Source: Microbacteriaceae bacterium
Lineage (GTDB): Bacteria > Actinomycetota > Actinomycetes > Actinomycetales > Microbacteriaceae
DNA length: 40,103 bases
NCBI GenBank assembly: GCA_017744755.1
Contig: JAGIAU010000001.1
Coordinates: 1 to 40,103 of the forward strand
Reading direction: 5' to 3'
How positions within the stretch are numbered: the first letter of the stretch is position 1; each line of letters opens with the position of its first letter. The notes beneath the pieces were generated by a model, which saw only the letters and a program-made list of their open reading frames with translations, did no database searches and was not told the DNA's origin. A program made the translations under genes and the position numbers. This document shows positions 32,200-40,103 of the stretch, in pieces.

Positions 32200-32970
32200 G
32201 TGACTCCCTTCACGGCGACGTGGACGCTCTTCCTGGTCGGGCTGCTCGTCGCGACCGTCGTGCTGTGGGCGGCGCTCCGCGGCCGGGCGGACGCGACGCA
32301 GCGCTGGACGCTCTTCGGCATCGCCGTCGGGAACTGGGCGATCTCGACGTGGTTCACCTTCGACCGGATCGGCAGCGGGGCGTTCCCCGACTTCGTGCTG
32401 AGCCGGAACTGGCCGCTGCACTTCTGCACGATCTGCACATTCCTCCTCATCCCGGCGATGCTCGCGACGAAGCGGCAGTGGTGGGCGCACCCGCTGCAGA
32501 CGCTGCTCTTCTTCCCCGGCGCGCTCGCCGCGTTCCTCGCGCTCGTCGCGCCGGGCAAGGAGTACGAGGGCGACGGCTTCTGGGTCATGGGAACGCTCTT
32601 CTACGCGGTCCACGGGCTGAACGTCCTGCTGCCCTTCGTGCACGCGGGCCTCGGCCTGTACCGTCCGCGCTGGCGCGACGCGGCGCTGTCGCTCGTGTGG
32701 TTCACGATCCTCGCGCTCGGGGTGCTCGTCGCGACGCTGCTCTGCCGCGCGTTCGTCGACCCGGCGGCGAACTACATGTACTTCTTCGACCCCGAGGGCT
32801 CGGGCATCCTCGTCCTCCTCTGGAACCTGATCGGCATCCCGGTGGTCTACGAGATCCCGCTGCTGTTCATCCTCTACCCCGTGCTCCTCGGCTTCGTCGC
32901 CGCGCAGCGCGGGATCGAACGGCTGCCGGGGCTGCTGCGCCGCCGCAGACCGTTCGCGCAGCCGGCCTGA
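32200..32970 (+). CDS. Integral membrane protein, YwaF/TIGR02206-like
   Basis: About 7 hydrophobic spans. The WPLHFCT motif resembles the LPLHLC motif of that family. Confidence 0.6.
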   Translation: MTPFTATWTLFLVGLLVATVVLWAALRGRADATQRWTLFGIAVGNWAISTWFTFDRIGSGAFPDFVLSRNWPLHFCTICTFLLIPAMLATKRQWWAHPLQTLLFFPGALAAFLALVAPGKEYEGDGFWVMGTLFYAVHGLNVLLPFVHAGLGLYRPRWRDAALSLVWFTILALGVLVATLLCRAFVDPAANYMYFFDPEGSGILVLLWNLIGIPVVYEIPLLFILYPVLLGFVAAQRGIERLPGLLRRRRPFAQPA

Positions 32971-33019
32971 GCACGGTCGCGGGACGGTGCGTCGCGGGCG
33001 GCGCGTCAGCTTCGATCGC

Positions 33020-33025
33020 TAGCAT
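33020..33025 (+). promoter_or_regulatory. -10-like hexamer TAGCAT, 8 nt upstream of ATG 33034
   Basis: Matches TAnnnT at leaderless spacing. Confidence 0.4.
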
Positions 33026-33033
33026 CACCTGTC

Positions 33034-33720
33034 ATGGTGGACCCGACCCCCAGGGCGTCCGGTCTGCTCGTCGACTGGAACGATGAGCGCGGCTTCGGGT
33101 TCATCGCGCCCGCGGCCGGCGGGCGGAGGGTGTTCGTCCACATCTCGGAGTTCCCCAAGGACGCGCCGCGGCCGGGCGACGGCGACGAGCTCACGTACGC
33201 GGTCGGCAAGGGCGGCGACGGCCGCCCTCAGGCGCTCGCGGTCGAGCTCGTGCACTCGGTCCGCCTCGCGAACGAGGCGGCCCAGCGGGCCGCCGCCGCG
33301 GCCCTCGCCGAGCGGAATCGTGCGCCGGTCCAGTGGCTCCCCCTCGCACTGGTGCCGGTCTTCGCGGTGCTGTTCGTCCTGATCGCCGTGTACTGGGAGC
33401 TGCCGCTGTGGGCGATCCTGCTCTATCCGCTGATGAGCGCCGCGGCCTTCGGGCTGTACTACCTGGACAAGCGCGCGGCGATCGACAGGGGGTGGAGGAC
33501 CCGCGAGACGACGCTGCAGGTCGCGTCCCTCCTCGGCGGCTGGCCGGGGGCGGTCATCGCGCAGCAGGCGCTGCGCCACAAGAACCGCAAGCGCGCGTTC
33601 CAGGCGACGTTCTGGGTGCTGGTCGGGCTGAACATCGTGCTGCTGCTCGTCATCGTCTGGTACCAGGGGCCGATGCAGGGCTTCTTCTCGATGATCACGC
33701 GGCTGATCACCGGGGTCTAG
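33034..33720 (+). CDS. Cold-shock-domain protein fused to a DUF1294 membrane domain
   Basis: N-terminal GLLVDWNDERGFGFIAP....VFVHISEF (CSD RNP-like motifs). C-terminal YYLDKRAA..GWRT.E..L...SLLGGWPGAVIAQQALRHK..K..F (DUF1294 pattern). Confidence 0.8.
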   Translation: MVDPTPRASGLLVDWNDERGFGFIAPAAGGRRVFVHISEFPKDAPRPGDGDELTYAVGKGGDGRPQALAVELVHSVRLANEAAQRAAAAALAERNRAPVQWLPLALVPVFAVLFVLIAVYWELPLWAILLYPLMSAAAFGLYYLDKRAAIDRGWRTRETTLQVASLLGGWPGAVIAQQALRHKNRKRAFQATFWVLVGLNIVLLLVIVWYQGPMQGFFSMITRLITGV

Positions 33721-33808
33721 GACACCCGGCGTTCACCCGGCAGAAGTCTCAACTATCCAGCGAAACTTGACGGGTTGTGCGTCGTTTCCCGCTGAGTAAT
33801 CTCTTCTT

Positions 33809-34306
33809 CACCGAAACGGCGAAACACCGGAAGGGGAAGGGCCCAGGCCCGGCTCCGGAGGGTGGCTCCCGCTGGCAGTCGGTGCAGATCTCGCAGGTGA
33901 TCGGAGCCGGGCATTCGTGCGCGGAGTCGATGAGAGCGGGGTGCTGGAAGGTTCGCGAGTCCGGGGATGAGAGTCCTCGGCGGTTCGAACGGGAAGGCGT
34001 GCATCGGCGGTCGGGGTGACGGAACACAACCATCGGCAGGGCTCAGGCCCGGCGGAGCCGGTCTCTTGAGATCGGCGAAGCGAATCCGGTCCTTCGGGAC
34101 GGGAGGACGCCAGGGGAACGTAGTCGCCCATCGTGGATCGTCGGACCGGCCGGGCTTCGGCTCGACCGGCCCGACCGATTCGCACGCAGGGAGCAGGTGC
34201 GCCGCACGAGCGGTCGACGGATTGCAAGCCGTCGGTGGTGAAGGCGGACCCGTGTCGGCACACTGAAGAACCCCGGGATTTCTAGACCCGGGGTTCTTCG
34301 TTTGTG
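33809..34306 (+). ncRNA. Candidate ~0.5-kb structured non-coding RNA (unclassified; 5' end only guessed)
   Basis: A 600-nt gap without a convincing ORF. G exceeds C on the plus strand. Contains several helices, including two UUCG-capped hairpins. TAATCT lies at 33797-33802. The region ends at a perfect 13-bp terminator hairpin. Confidence 0.35.
34265..34299 (+). terminator. Intrinsic terminator-like hairpin
   Basis: Perfect 13-bp stem gaagaaccccggg / cccggggttcttc, 9-nt loop, followed by GTTTGTG on the plus strand. May also serve the convergent gene ending at 34327. Confidence 0.7.
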
Positions 34307-34326
34307 CGGGGGAGCCGTGCCGGGGC

Positions 34327-34671
34327 TCAGTGCTCGTGCTCGCCGTACAGCTTGAACGCGAGGCGACCGTGGGAGAACGCGGCGCCGGCCCGCAGCGCCG
34401 CCGAGACCCACGCGGCCTCCGCGATCTCGCCGAGCGTCGCGCCCGCCTTCCTCGCCGCGGCCGTGTGGAAGTCGATGCAGTACACGCACTGCGTCGTCGT
34501 CGCGATCGCCACGGCCATGAGCTCGCGGTACTTCAGCGGGATCTCCCGGCCCTCCGGGGCGAACACGGCGCCGTCGAAGGCGTCGAACGCCGCGAGGATG
34601 TCGGGGGTGTGCTGCTTGTAGTCCCGGGTGTGCTTGCGCTCCTCGGCCGGATCGATGATCGAATCGCTCAT
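34327..34671 (-). CDS. Carboxymuconolactone decarboxylase (AhpD-like) family protein
   Basis: LKYRELMAVAIATTTQCVYCIDFH carries the CxxC motif of the AhpD/CMD core. Confidence 0.85.
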   Translation of the reverse strand: MSDSIIDPAEERKHTRDYKQHTPDILAAFDAFDGAVFAPEGREIPLKYRELMAVAIATTTQCVYCIDFHTAAARKAGATLGEIAEAAWVSAALRAGAAFSHGRLAFKLYGEHEH

Positions 34672-34677
34672 GGCGCG

Positions 34678-34683
34678 AGCCTA
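34678..34683 (-). promoter_or_regulatory. -10-like hexamer TAGGCT, 6 nt upstream of ATG 34671
   Basis: Matches TAnnnT at leaderless spacing. Confidence 0.35.
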
Positions 34684-34700
34684 GTCAGGCGACCTACGGC

Positions 34701-35174
34701 TCAGGCGCGCTCCGCCAGATCGAGGCGCATGAAGGTGCTCTCCGGGTCGAGGGCGTAGCCCTCGAAGGGACCGCACTCGACGAAGCCGCGCGAGGCGTAG
34801 AGCGTTCGCGCGGGGACGAAGTAGTCCTGGGTGCCGGTCTCGAGCCACAGTGCCGACCAGCCGCGGGCCGTGGCCTCCGCGATCGCGTGCTCGAGCAGGG
34901 CGCGTCCCGCTCCCAGCCCCCGCGCGGCGCGTGGCGTCCGCATCGACTTCAGCTCTCCGCCGACCGTCAGCCGCTTGATCGCAGCGGTGCCGAGCAGTGT
35001 GCCGTCCTCCTGGCGCGCCGTCCAGAAGGTGATCGTCGGCTCGAGGAGCGCCGACACGTCGAGCGCGTGCACGCTCTCCGGCGACGACGTCGCGAACATG
35101 TCCGCCAGGTGCTCCGCGATGAGCGCGCGCACGTCCTCGCGCTCCGGACTGTCCTCCGTGATGACGAACCCCAT
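34701..35174 (-). CDS. GNAT-family N-acetyltransferase
   Basis: 157 aa. LKSMRTPRAARGLGAGRALLEHAI (Q/RxxGxG/A motif) and ...YASRGFVECGPF. Confidence 0.85.
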   Translation of the reverse strand: MGFVITEDSPEREDVRALIAEHLADMFATSSPESVHALDVSALLEPTITFWTARQEDGTLLGTAAIKRLTVGGELKSMRTPRAARGLGAGRALLEHAIAEATARGWSALWLETGTQDYFVPARTLYASRGFVECGPFEGYALDPESTFMRLDLAERA

Positions 35175-35197
35175 GGGCCAATTCTCACCCGGCGAGG

Positions 35198-35956
35198 TCA
35201 GAGGTCGTAGCCGCCCGAGGCCTCGAGGTCCTGGCCGGTGATCCAGCGGCTCTCGTCCGAGGCGAGGAACGCGATGACGGCGCCCACGTCCTCGGGCTCT
35301 CCGATCCGGCCGAGCGCCGCCCGTGCCGCGAGCGGCGCGATGAGCTCGGGGAAGCGATCGAAGGCGTCGCCGCCGAGCCGCGTCCGGGTGGGACCGGGCG
35401 AGACCGAGTTGACGCGGATGCCGCGCGCGGCGAGCTCCTTCGCGAGATAGCGCACGAGGACGACGAGGCCGCCCTTCATCGCGGCGTAGACGCCGTAGCC
35501 GGGTGTGACGCCGGCCGGCTTCGTCGAGCTGCTCGTCGTGAAGACGACCGAGCCGCCGTCGGCGAGCAGCGGCTCGAGTGCCTGGGTGAGGAAGACCGGT
35601 CCCTTCAGCAGGACGCGCTGCAGCCGCTCGTAGTGCTCGTCCGTGATCTCGCCCAGGCGGGCCGCCTCGCCGACCCCGGCGTTGTGGACGAGCACCTGGA
35701 ACGTCGTCGCCCGCCACGTCTCGGCCAGGGCCTGGCGCACCCGCTCCGCGAATCCGGGGAACGCGTCGGCGTCGTCGAGATCGAGCGGCAGCGCGACGGC
35801 GCGCCGACCGAGCGCCTCGACCGCGGCGACCGCCTCGGCGGCGCCCTCCGGGTGGCTGCGGTAGGTCACGACGACGTCGAAGCCCCGCCGGGCGAGCTCG
35901 ATCGAGGCGGCCTGGCCGATGCCGGCGCTTCCTCCGATGACGATGGCGACTGGCAT
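35198..35956 (-). CDS. Short-chain dehydrogenase/reductase (SDR)
   Basis: IVIGGSAGIGQA cofactor motif, YAAMK catalytic YxxxK and ITGQDLEASGG C-terminus. GAGAGGAG Shine-Dalgarno. Confidence 0.85.
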   Translation of the reverse strand: MPVAIVIGGSAGIGQAASIELARRGFDVVVTYRSHPEGAAEAVAAVEALGRRAVALPLDLDDADAFPGFAERVRQALAETWRATTFQVLVHNAGVGEAARLGEITDEHYERLQRVLLKGPVFLTQALEPLLADGGSVVFTTSSSTKPAGVTPGYGVYAAMKGGLVVLVRYLAKELAARGIRVNSVSPGPTRTRLGGDAFDRFPELIAPLAARAALGRIGEPEDVGAVIAFLASDESRWITGQDLEASGGYDL

Positions 35957-36088
35957 GTGCTGCTCCTCTCGGGCCGGGGCGTCCGGCCCTTCCAGCCAAC
36001 CGTTCGAGGCGGCCGCCGCGTAGCACGTTCGCCGCGGAGGCTTGCCTGTTCCTGCCGCGTCCCGGCGGACGGCGGATCGCCCGCCCCG

Positions 36089-36094
36089 TAAGCT
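36089..36094 (+). promoter_or_regulatory. -10-like hexamer TAAGCT, 8 nt upstream of ATG 36103
   Basis: Matches TAnnnT at leaderless spacing. Confidence 0.4.
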
Positions 36095-36102
36095 CGTGGC
36101 CC

Positions 36103-36645
36103 ATGGCACTCGGCGCGACGATCCACACGTTCCAGGTGCAGCTGGCCGACGTCGACCGGGGGATCTACGAGGACCTGAGTCTGCGGCTCGCGCGCCACCC
36201 GTCGGAGACCGAGGCGTTCATGGTCGTGCGGCTGCTCGCATACTGCCTCGAGCTCGAGGAGGGCATCGCGTTCAGCGAAGGCGTTTCGGCGACCGACGAG
36301 CCGGCCGTCGTCGTTCGCGACCTCACCGGATCGCTCACCGCGTGGATCGAGGTCGGCGCCCCGGACGCCGAGCGGCTCCACTTCGGGAGCAAGGCGGCGG
36401 GGCGGGTGGCGGTCTACACGCACCGGGATCCCGCGAAGCTGCTCGCGGCGTGGGCCGGGAAGCGGATCCATCGCGCCGAGCACGTGGTGCTGCGCAGCTT
36501 CGACCCCGGCTTCGTCGACGCGGTGGCCGAGCGGCTCGATCGGCGCAACGCGATCACGGCATCGCTGACCGAGGGCCAGCTCTACCTCGAGATCAACGGC
36601 GCGACGCTCAGCACGGCGATCCACGAGCACCGCCTGGGACCGTAG
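36103..36645 (+). CDS. YaeQ-family protein
   Basis: ATIHTFQVQLADVDRGIYEDLSLRLARHPSETEAFMVVRLLAYCLE and ...AWIEVGAPDAERL are typical of YaeQ. Confidence 0.85.
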   Translation: MALGATIHTFQVQLADVDRGIYEDLSLRLARHPSETEAFMVVRLLAYCLELEEGIAFSEGVSATDEPAVVVRDLTGSLTAWIEVGAPDAERLHFGSKAAGRVAVYTHRDPAKLLAAWAGKRIHRAEHVVLRSFDPGFVDAVAERLDRRNAITASLTEGQLYLEINGATLSTAIHEHRLGP

Positions 36646-36696
36646 CCGGGTGGACGAACGACCCGGGCGCGCCGGGCCCGCCCCGACGCCGGTCGC

Positions 36697-37140
36697 TCAG
36701 CGGGTGATGAGCACGTCCGAGGCCTCGACGGCTCTCCCCGCGCCATCCGTGAAGCCGATCGTCAGCGGCCTGCCGTCTTCGCCGTCGAGGAAGCGCATCG
36801 GCTCCGCGGCCGCGCTCGGGACGTGCTCGTCGCCCCATGCCGCGAGCGCTGCGATGATCGGCAGCGTCGAGCGTCCTGCGTCGGTGAGCACGTACTCGTC
36901 GCGGGCGCGCTCCCCGTCCGACTGATAGGGGCGCCGTTCGAACAGCCCCTCGTCGACGAGCGCCTGGAGGCGCGCGGCCAGCACGTCGCTGGGGATGCCG
37001 ATACGGCTGAACTCCGCGAACCGGGTCTTGCCGAGGAATGCCTCGCGCAGCAGCAGCAGAGTCCACCGCCGGCCGAGCACGGTGAGGCTCCGGGAGACGG
37101 GACAGGCCGCTTCGAGCCCGTAGGAACGGGGATGGGGCAT
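36697..37140 (-). CDS. HxlR-family winged-helix transcriptional regulator
   Basis: CPVSRSLTVLGRRWTLLLLREAFLGKTRFAEF...L..RL..LV..GL...RPY matches the HxlR pattern. Confidence 0.85.
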   Translation of the reverse strand: MPHPRSYGLEAACPVSRSLTVLGRRWTLLLLREAFLGKTRFAEFSRIGIPSDVLAARLQALVDEGLFERRPYQSDGERARDEYVLTDAGRSTLPIIAALAAWGDEHVPSAAAEPMRFLDGEDGRPLTIGFTDGAGRAVEASDVLITR

Positions 37141-37146
37141 GCGAAG

Positions 37147-37152
37147 AGTCTA
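37147..37152 (-). promoter_or_regulatory. -10-like hexamer TAGACT, 6 nt upstream of ATG 37140
   Basis: Matches TAnnnT at leaderless spacing. Confidence 0.4.
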
Positions 37153-37217
37153 CGCCTGACTTGGTGAATCCAACTTACTGAGATAACTTGGACAGACGAA
37201 GTCAGAAGGGTCTGCCA

Positions 37218-38396
37218 GTGCTGCGTCAGCGATACGGCTTCTTCGCGGCCGCCGCCGTCGCGGCGGTGGCGATGTGGGCGAGCGGGGCGTCCTCGGTCAA
37301 CTACCCGCTCTACGCGGCGCACTGGCACCTCGATGCGTGGGTCACCTCGGCGATGTTCGGCGTCTACCCGGCGGTCTCGATCGCCATGCTGCTGATCTTC
37401 GGCAACCTCTCCGACCACGTCGGACGGCGCACGACGATCCTCCTCGGTCTGGGCCTCGTGATCGCGGGCGGGGTGATCCTCGGCTTCGCGCCGGAGGCGT
37501 GGACCGTGTTCCTCGGGCGCATCCTCCTCGGCGCGGGTGTCGGACTGGCCTTCGCTCCCGCGACGGCCGCGATCATCGAGTTCGGCGGCCCGGACGGCGC
37601 CCGCATCGCGGGGGCCACGGTGTCGGTCGCCACGTCGGCGGGGCTGACGGTCTCCGCGATCCTCGGCGGCGCGCTGGTGGAGTGGGCGCCGGCGCCGATG
37701 GTGCTGAACCAGTGGGTGTTCGTCATCGCGGCCGTCGCCGTCTTCGCGCTCTCGCTGCGGCTGCCGCGGCACACCCGCGACGAGGCGAAGGGGCGCTGGC
37801 GGCCGCGGGCGCTGCTCATCCCGGCGCAGGGCCGTTCGTGGTTCGCCGCCGGCGTGTTCGGCGTCATCAGCTCGTTCCTCATCGGCGCGATCTTCGTCGG
37901 CATGGGAGCGACCATCGCCAGAGGCCTGCTCGGCTCCTCGGACGCCTTCATCGGCGGCCTCGTCATCGGCCTGAGCACCGCGACGGTCGCGGTCGCCTCC
38001 CTCACGCTTCGACGGCTCCGGCCGGAGTCGATGCTGCGCTGGGGGCTCGTTGCCGCCGTCGTCAGCATGGTCGCGCTCGCGCTCTGCGCCGTGGTCCCGT
38101 CGCTCCCGCTGTTCTTCGGGTCCTCCGTGGTCAGCGGCTTCGCCTTCGCCCTCCTCACCAGCGGCGGTCTCGCCTTCGTCGGCAAGGCGGCCCCCCTCCA
38201 CCATCGCGGCGCCGCCGTCTCGACCGCCTATGTCTTCGGCTACATCGCCCAGGTCGTCGGCTCGCTCGGGCTCGGGGCGCTCGCCGGCAGCGGCGGCTTC
38301 GGGGTGGCGGTCGTCACCGGTGCGGTGCTCGTCGTCGCGACCGCCGCGGGGGCCGCCGTCTTCGGGCGGGCGTCCGAGGCCCGCGCCTACGCCTGA
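37218..38396 (+). CDS. MFS transporter (12-TMS type)
   Basis: Hydrophobic spans throughout and the loop motif LSDHVGRRTTIL. GTG 37218 is preceded by GAAGGG. The track start TTG 37188 is an alternative. Divergent from hxlR. Confidence 0.8.
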   Translation: MLRQRYGFFAAAAVAAVAMWASGASSVNYPLYAAHWHLDAWVTSAMFGVYPAVSIAMLLIFGNLSDHVGRRTTILLGLGLVIAGGVILGFAPEAWTVFLGRILLGAGVGLAFAPATAAIIEFGGPDGARIAGATVSVATSAGLTVSAILGGALVEWAPAPMVLNQWVFVIAAVAVFALSLRLPRHTRDEAKGRWRPRALLIPAQGRSWFAAGVFGVISSFLIGAIFVGMGATIARGLLGSSDAFIGGLVIGLSTATVAVASLTLRRLRPESMLRWGLVAAVVSMVALALCAVVPSLPLFFGSSVVSGFAFALLTSGGLAFVGKAAPLHHRGAAVSTAYVFGYIAQVVGSLGLGALAGSGGFGVAVVTGAVLVVATAAGAAVFGRASEARAYA

Positions 38397-38450
38397 GCCG
38401 CGGTGTCTCACCCCTGACCCGCCCACCACCCATCTCGACAAGGAGCCACC

Positions 38451-39149
38451 ATGACCACCCTCCAGAACGCCGTCGTCCTGATCACCGGGGCGAACGGCGG
38501 CCTCGGCGAGCAGTTCGTCGCCCAGGGCATCGACCGAGGAGCGGCGAAGGTCTACGCGAGCGCGCGGAGCCCGCGCGCCTGGTCCGACTCGCGCATCGTC
38601 CCCCTCGCGCTCGACGTGACGAGCGCGGAGTCCATCGCCGCGGCGGCGGAGCTCGCCGGCGACACGACCGTGCTCATCAACAACGCCGGGGTCATCGGCG
38701 GACGGAGCCTCCTCGACGACCCGTTGGAGACCATCCGGGCGACCTATGCGACGAACGTCCTCGCTCCGATCGCGCTGACGCGGGCCTTCGCGCCGGCGCT
38801 CGCCGCGAACGGCGGCGGCGCGGTCGTCAACGTGCTCTCCGCGCTGAGCTGGCTCGCGACCCCCGGCGCCTACTCCGGCACCAAGGCAGCGCTCTGGTCG
38901 GTCACGAACACGCTGCGGCTCGAGCTGCGCGGCCAGGGGACGCAGGTGCTCGGCAGCCATCTCGGCTACACCGACACCCCCATGCTCGCCGGGCTCGACG
39001 TCCCGAAGAACGACCCCGCGGTGATCGTGGCGGCGATCTACGACGCCCTCGAAGCCGGCGCGCATGAGGTGCTCGCGGACGACACGAGCCGCCGGATCCG
39101 CGCCGCGCTCTCCCAGCCGGTCGAGGCCCTCTACCCGCAGCTGGCCTGA
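38451..39149 (+). CDS. Short-chain dehydrogenase/reductase (SDR)
   Basis: VLITGANGGLGEQF, NNAG and YSGTKAAL (YxxxK). AAGGAG Shine-Dalgarno. Confidence 0.85.
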   Translation: MTTLQNAVVLITGANGGLGEQFVAQGIDRGAAKVYASARSPRAWSDSRIVPLALDVTSAESIAAAAELAGDTTVLINNAGVIGGRSLLDDPLETIRATYATNVLAPIALTRAFAPALAANGGGAVVNVLSALSWLATPGAYSGTKAALWSVTNTLRLELRGQGTQVLGSHLGYTDTPMLAGLDVPKNDPAVIVAAIYDALEAGAHEVLADDTSRRIRAALSQPVEALYPQLA

Positions 39150-39165
39150 GCGCGAAGGAGTCGTC

Positions 39166-39648
39166 ATGACCAGCCGGACCCTGACCTGGGCCGACCCCGG
39201 CGCCGTCCTCGAGCGCGCCTCCGGACTGACGGGCATCGAGATGCTCCGCGCGCTCCGCGACGGCGTCCTGCCACCGCCTCCGATGGCGGTCACGATGAAT
39301 GCGAGCATCCGCGAGGTCGAGGAAGGGCGAGTGGTCTTCGAATGCGTTCCGGGCGAAGAGCACTACAACCCGCTCGGCACCGTCCACGGCGGATACGCCT
39401 GCACGGCGCTCGACACCGTGACCGGATGCGCGGCGCAGACCACCCTGCCCGCCGGGGTCGGCTACACCTCCATCGAGATCGCCGTGAAGTACCTCCGGCC
39501 GATCACCTTGCGGACCGGCCCGCTGCGCGTCGTCGGCACGGTGACCAAACCCGGCAGGCGCGTCATCTTCGCGGAGGGCGCGATCCTCGATGCCGGCGGC
39601 ACGACGCTCGCCACCGCGTCCAGCTCGCTCCTCGTCCTCGGCGGATAG
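39166..39648 (+). CDS. PaaI-family hotdog-fold thioesterase
   Basis: NPLGTVHGGYACTALD..TG.A is the PaaI/DUF4442-type motif. GAAGGAG Shine-Dalgarno. Confidence 0.8.
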   Translation: MTSRTLTWADPGAVLERASGLTGIEMLRALRDGVLPPPPMAVTMNASIREVEEGRVVFECVPGEEHYNPLGTVHGGYACTALDTVTGCAAQTTLPAGVGYTSIEIAVKYLRPITLRTGPLRVVGTVTKPGRRVIFAEGAILDAGGTTLATASSSLLVLGG

Positions 39649-39721
39649 CGCCCGGGCGGCCGCAGGCGACGTCTTCGCGGATGCGGAGCCCACGCGGCGG
39701 TGCGGCTGGGACAATGGTCGG

Positions 39722-40103
39722 GTGAACGAACGACCGCAGGTGCGCCCGGCGACCGAGGGCTGGACGCAGGCGCGCGATGCCGGCGGGCGGCCGCTGCTGC
39801 AATTCGAGGCGCCCGTGCGGCGGGGCAAGCCGCCCGTGCATCTCGCCGACCTCTCCGTCGAGGAACGCGCCTCGACGGTCGAGGCCCTCGGCTTCCCGAG
39901 GTTCCGCGCGAAGCAGCTCGCGACGCACTGGTTCGCGCACTACACGGACGACCCGGCCGAGATGACGGACCTCCCGAAGCAGGGTCGCGAGGAGCTCGTC
40001 GGCGCGCTGCTGCCGCAGCTGCTCACGCCCGTGCGGACGCTGCGCACGGATGACGGCGCGACGGTGAAGTTCCTCTGGAAGCTCTATGACGGCGCCCTCA
40101 TCG
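39722..40103 (+). CDS. rlmN: 23S rRNA/tRNA (adenine-C2)-methyltransferase RlmN, N-terminal part (runs off the window)
   Basis: Open frame from GTG 39722 to the window end, so it is not in the ORF track. GKPPVHLADLSVEERASTVEALGFPRFRAKQLATHWF resembles the RlmN N-terminal domain. Confidence 0.75.
   Translation, partial: MNERPQVRPATEGWTQARDAGGRPLLQFEAPVRRGKPPVHLADLSVEERASTVEALGFPRFRAKQLATHWFAHYTDDPAEMTDLPKQGREELVGALLPQLLTPVRTLRTDDGATVKFLWKLYDGALI

Noticed and set aside
33777-34019. 80-aa plus-strand ORF, and other short ORFs in the 33.7-34.3 kb gap
   Set aside because: They have no family resemblance. Their GC3 is lower than neighbouring genes and they use rare A/T-ending codons. ORFs of similar length occur in several overlapping frames, which is more consistent with non-coding DNA.
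33721-34306. Assignment of the region to RNase P RNA, tmRNA, SRP RNA, cobalamin/TPP/glycine/ykkC/ydaO riboswitches or a group II intron
   Set aside because: I searched both strands by eye for the conserved cores of these families. Examples include GAGGAAAGTCCGG and ACAGAACCCGGC for RNase P, a tRNA-like GGTTCGATTCC 3' end for tmRNA, the B12 box, CTGAGA...ACCTGA, and intron domain V. None was found, and no downstream gene is positioned for a riboswitch.
36762-39308. 848-aa minus-strand ORF, and similar long ORFs (8711-10522 minus, 9325-10728 plus, 6271-7878 plus, 3750-4778 minus, 716-1885 minus, 20766-23126 plus)
   Set aside because: All of them overlap well-supported genes on the other strand or in another frame. 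Their translations are Arg/Pro/Gly-rich nonsense, so they are shadow ORFs. The one exception is the last 279 nt of 20766-23126, which is reported separately at low confidence.
1-40103. CRISPR arrays, rRNA genes, transposases, integrases and prophage genes
   Set aside because: No regularly spaced direct repeats, no rRNA-like sequence, and no recombinase-like ORF was seen on either strand.

Overview
Very GC-rich actinobacterial chromosome segment. Gene content and order look Microbacteriaceae-like, which is inference only. Conserved anchors are the 3' end of nusG, rplK-rplA, rplJ-rplL, mscL, galU, tRNA-Ala(CGC) and the 5' end of rlmN. Accessory blocks lie between them. A PIN/Phd toxin-antitoxin pair and small enzymes sit between nusG and rplK. 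A minus-strand operon encodes an HTH-GNAT fusion, an Orn/Lys/Arg-type PLP decarboxylase and an EctB/Dat-type diaminobutyrate transaminase, next to a PuuB-like FAD oxidoreductase. A MacB/FtsX-type ABC exporter is divergent from an OmpR/histidine-kinase pair. Also present are lsr2 and a 1431-aa DUF4011/Upf1-like helicase homologue with degenerate ATPase motifs. There are three regulator/target pairs: TetR-MFS, MerR-(frameshifted esterase) and HxlR-MFS. Several GNAT, SDR and membrane proteins complete the set. Non-coding highlights: (1) a ~33-nt GC-rich repeat seen 4 times, once as a 72-nt palindrome in frame inside the decarboxylase gene; (2) a ~0.5-kb ORF-poor, G-rich, hairpin-rich region with its own terminator at 33.8-34.3 kb, a candidate structured RNA I could not classify; (3) a ~370-nt orphan spacer with a C11-G-C6 tract and a perfect 16-bp inverted repeat; (4) an L10-leader-like attenuator; (5) many TAnnnT hexamers 6-9 nt from start codons, suggesting leaderless mRNAs. 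No rRNA, CRISPR array, transposase or integrase was seen. Most very long ORFs in the track are antisense or out-of-frame shadow ORFs typical of high-GC DNA.
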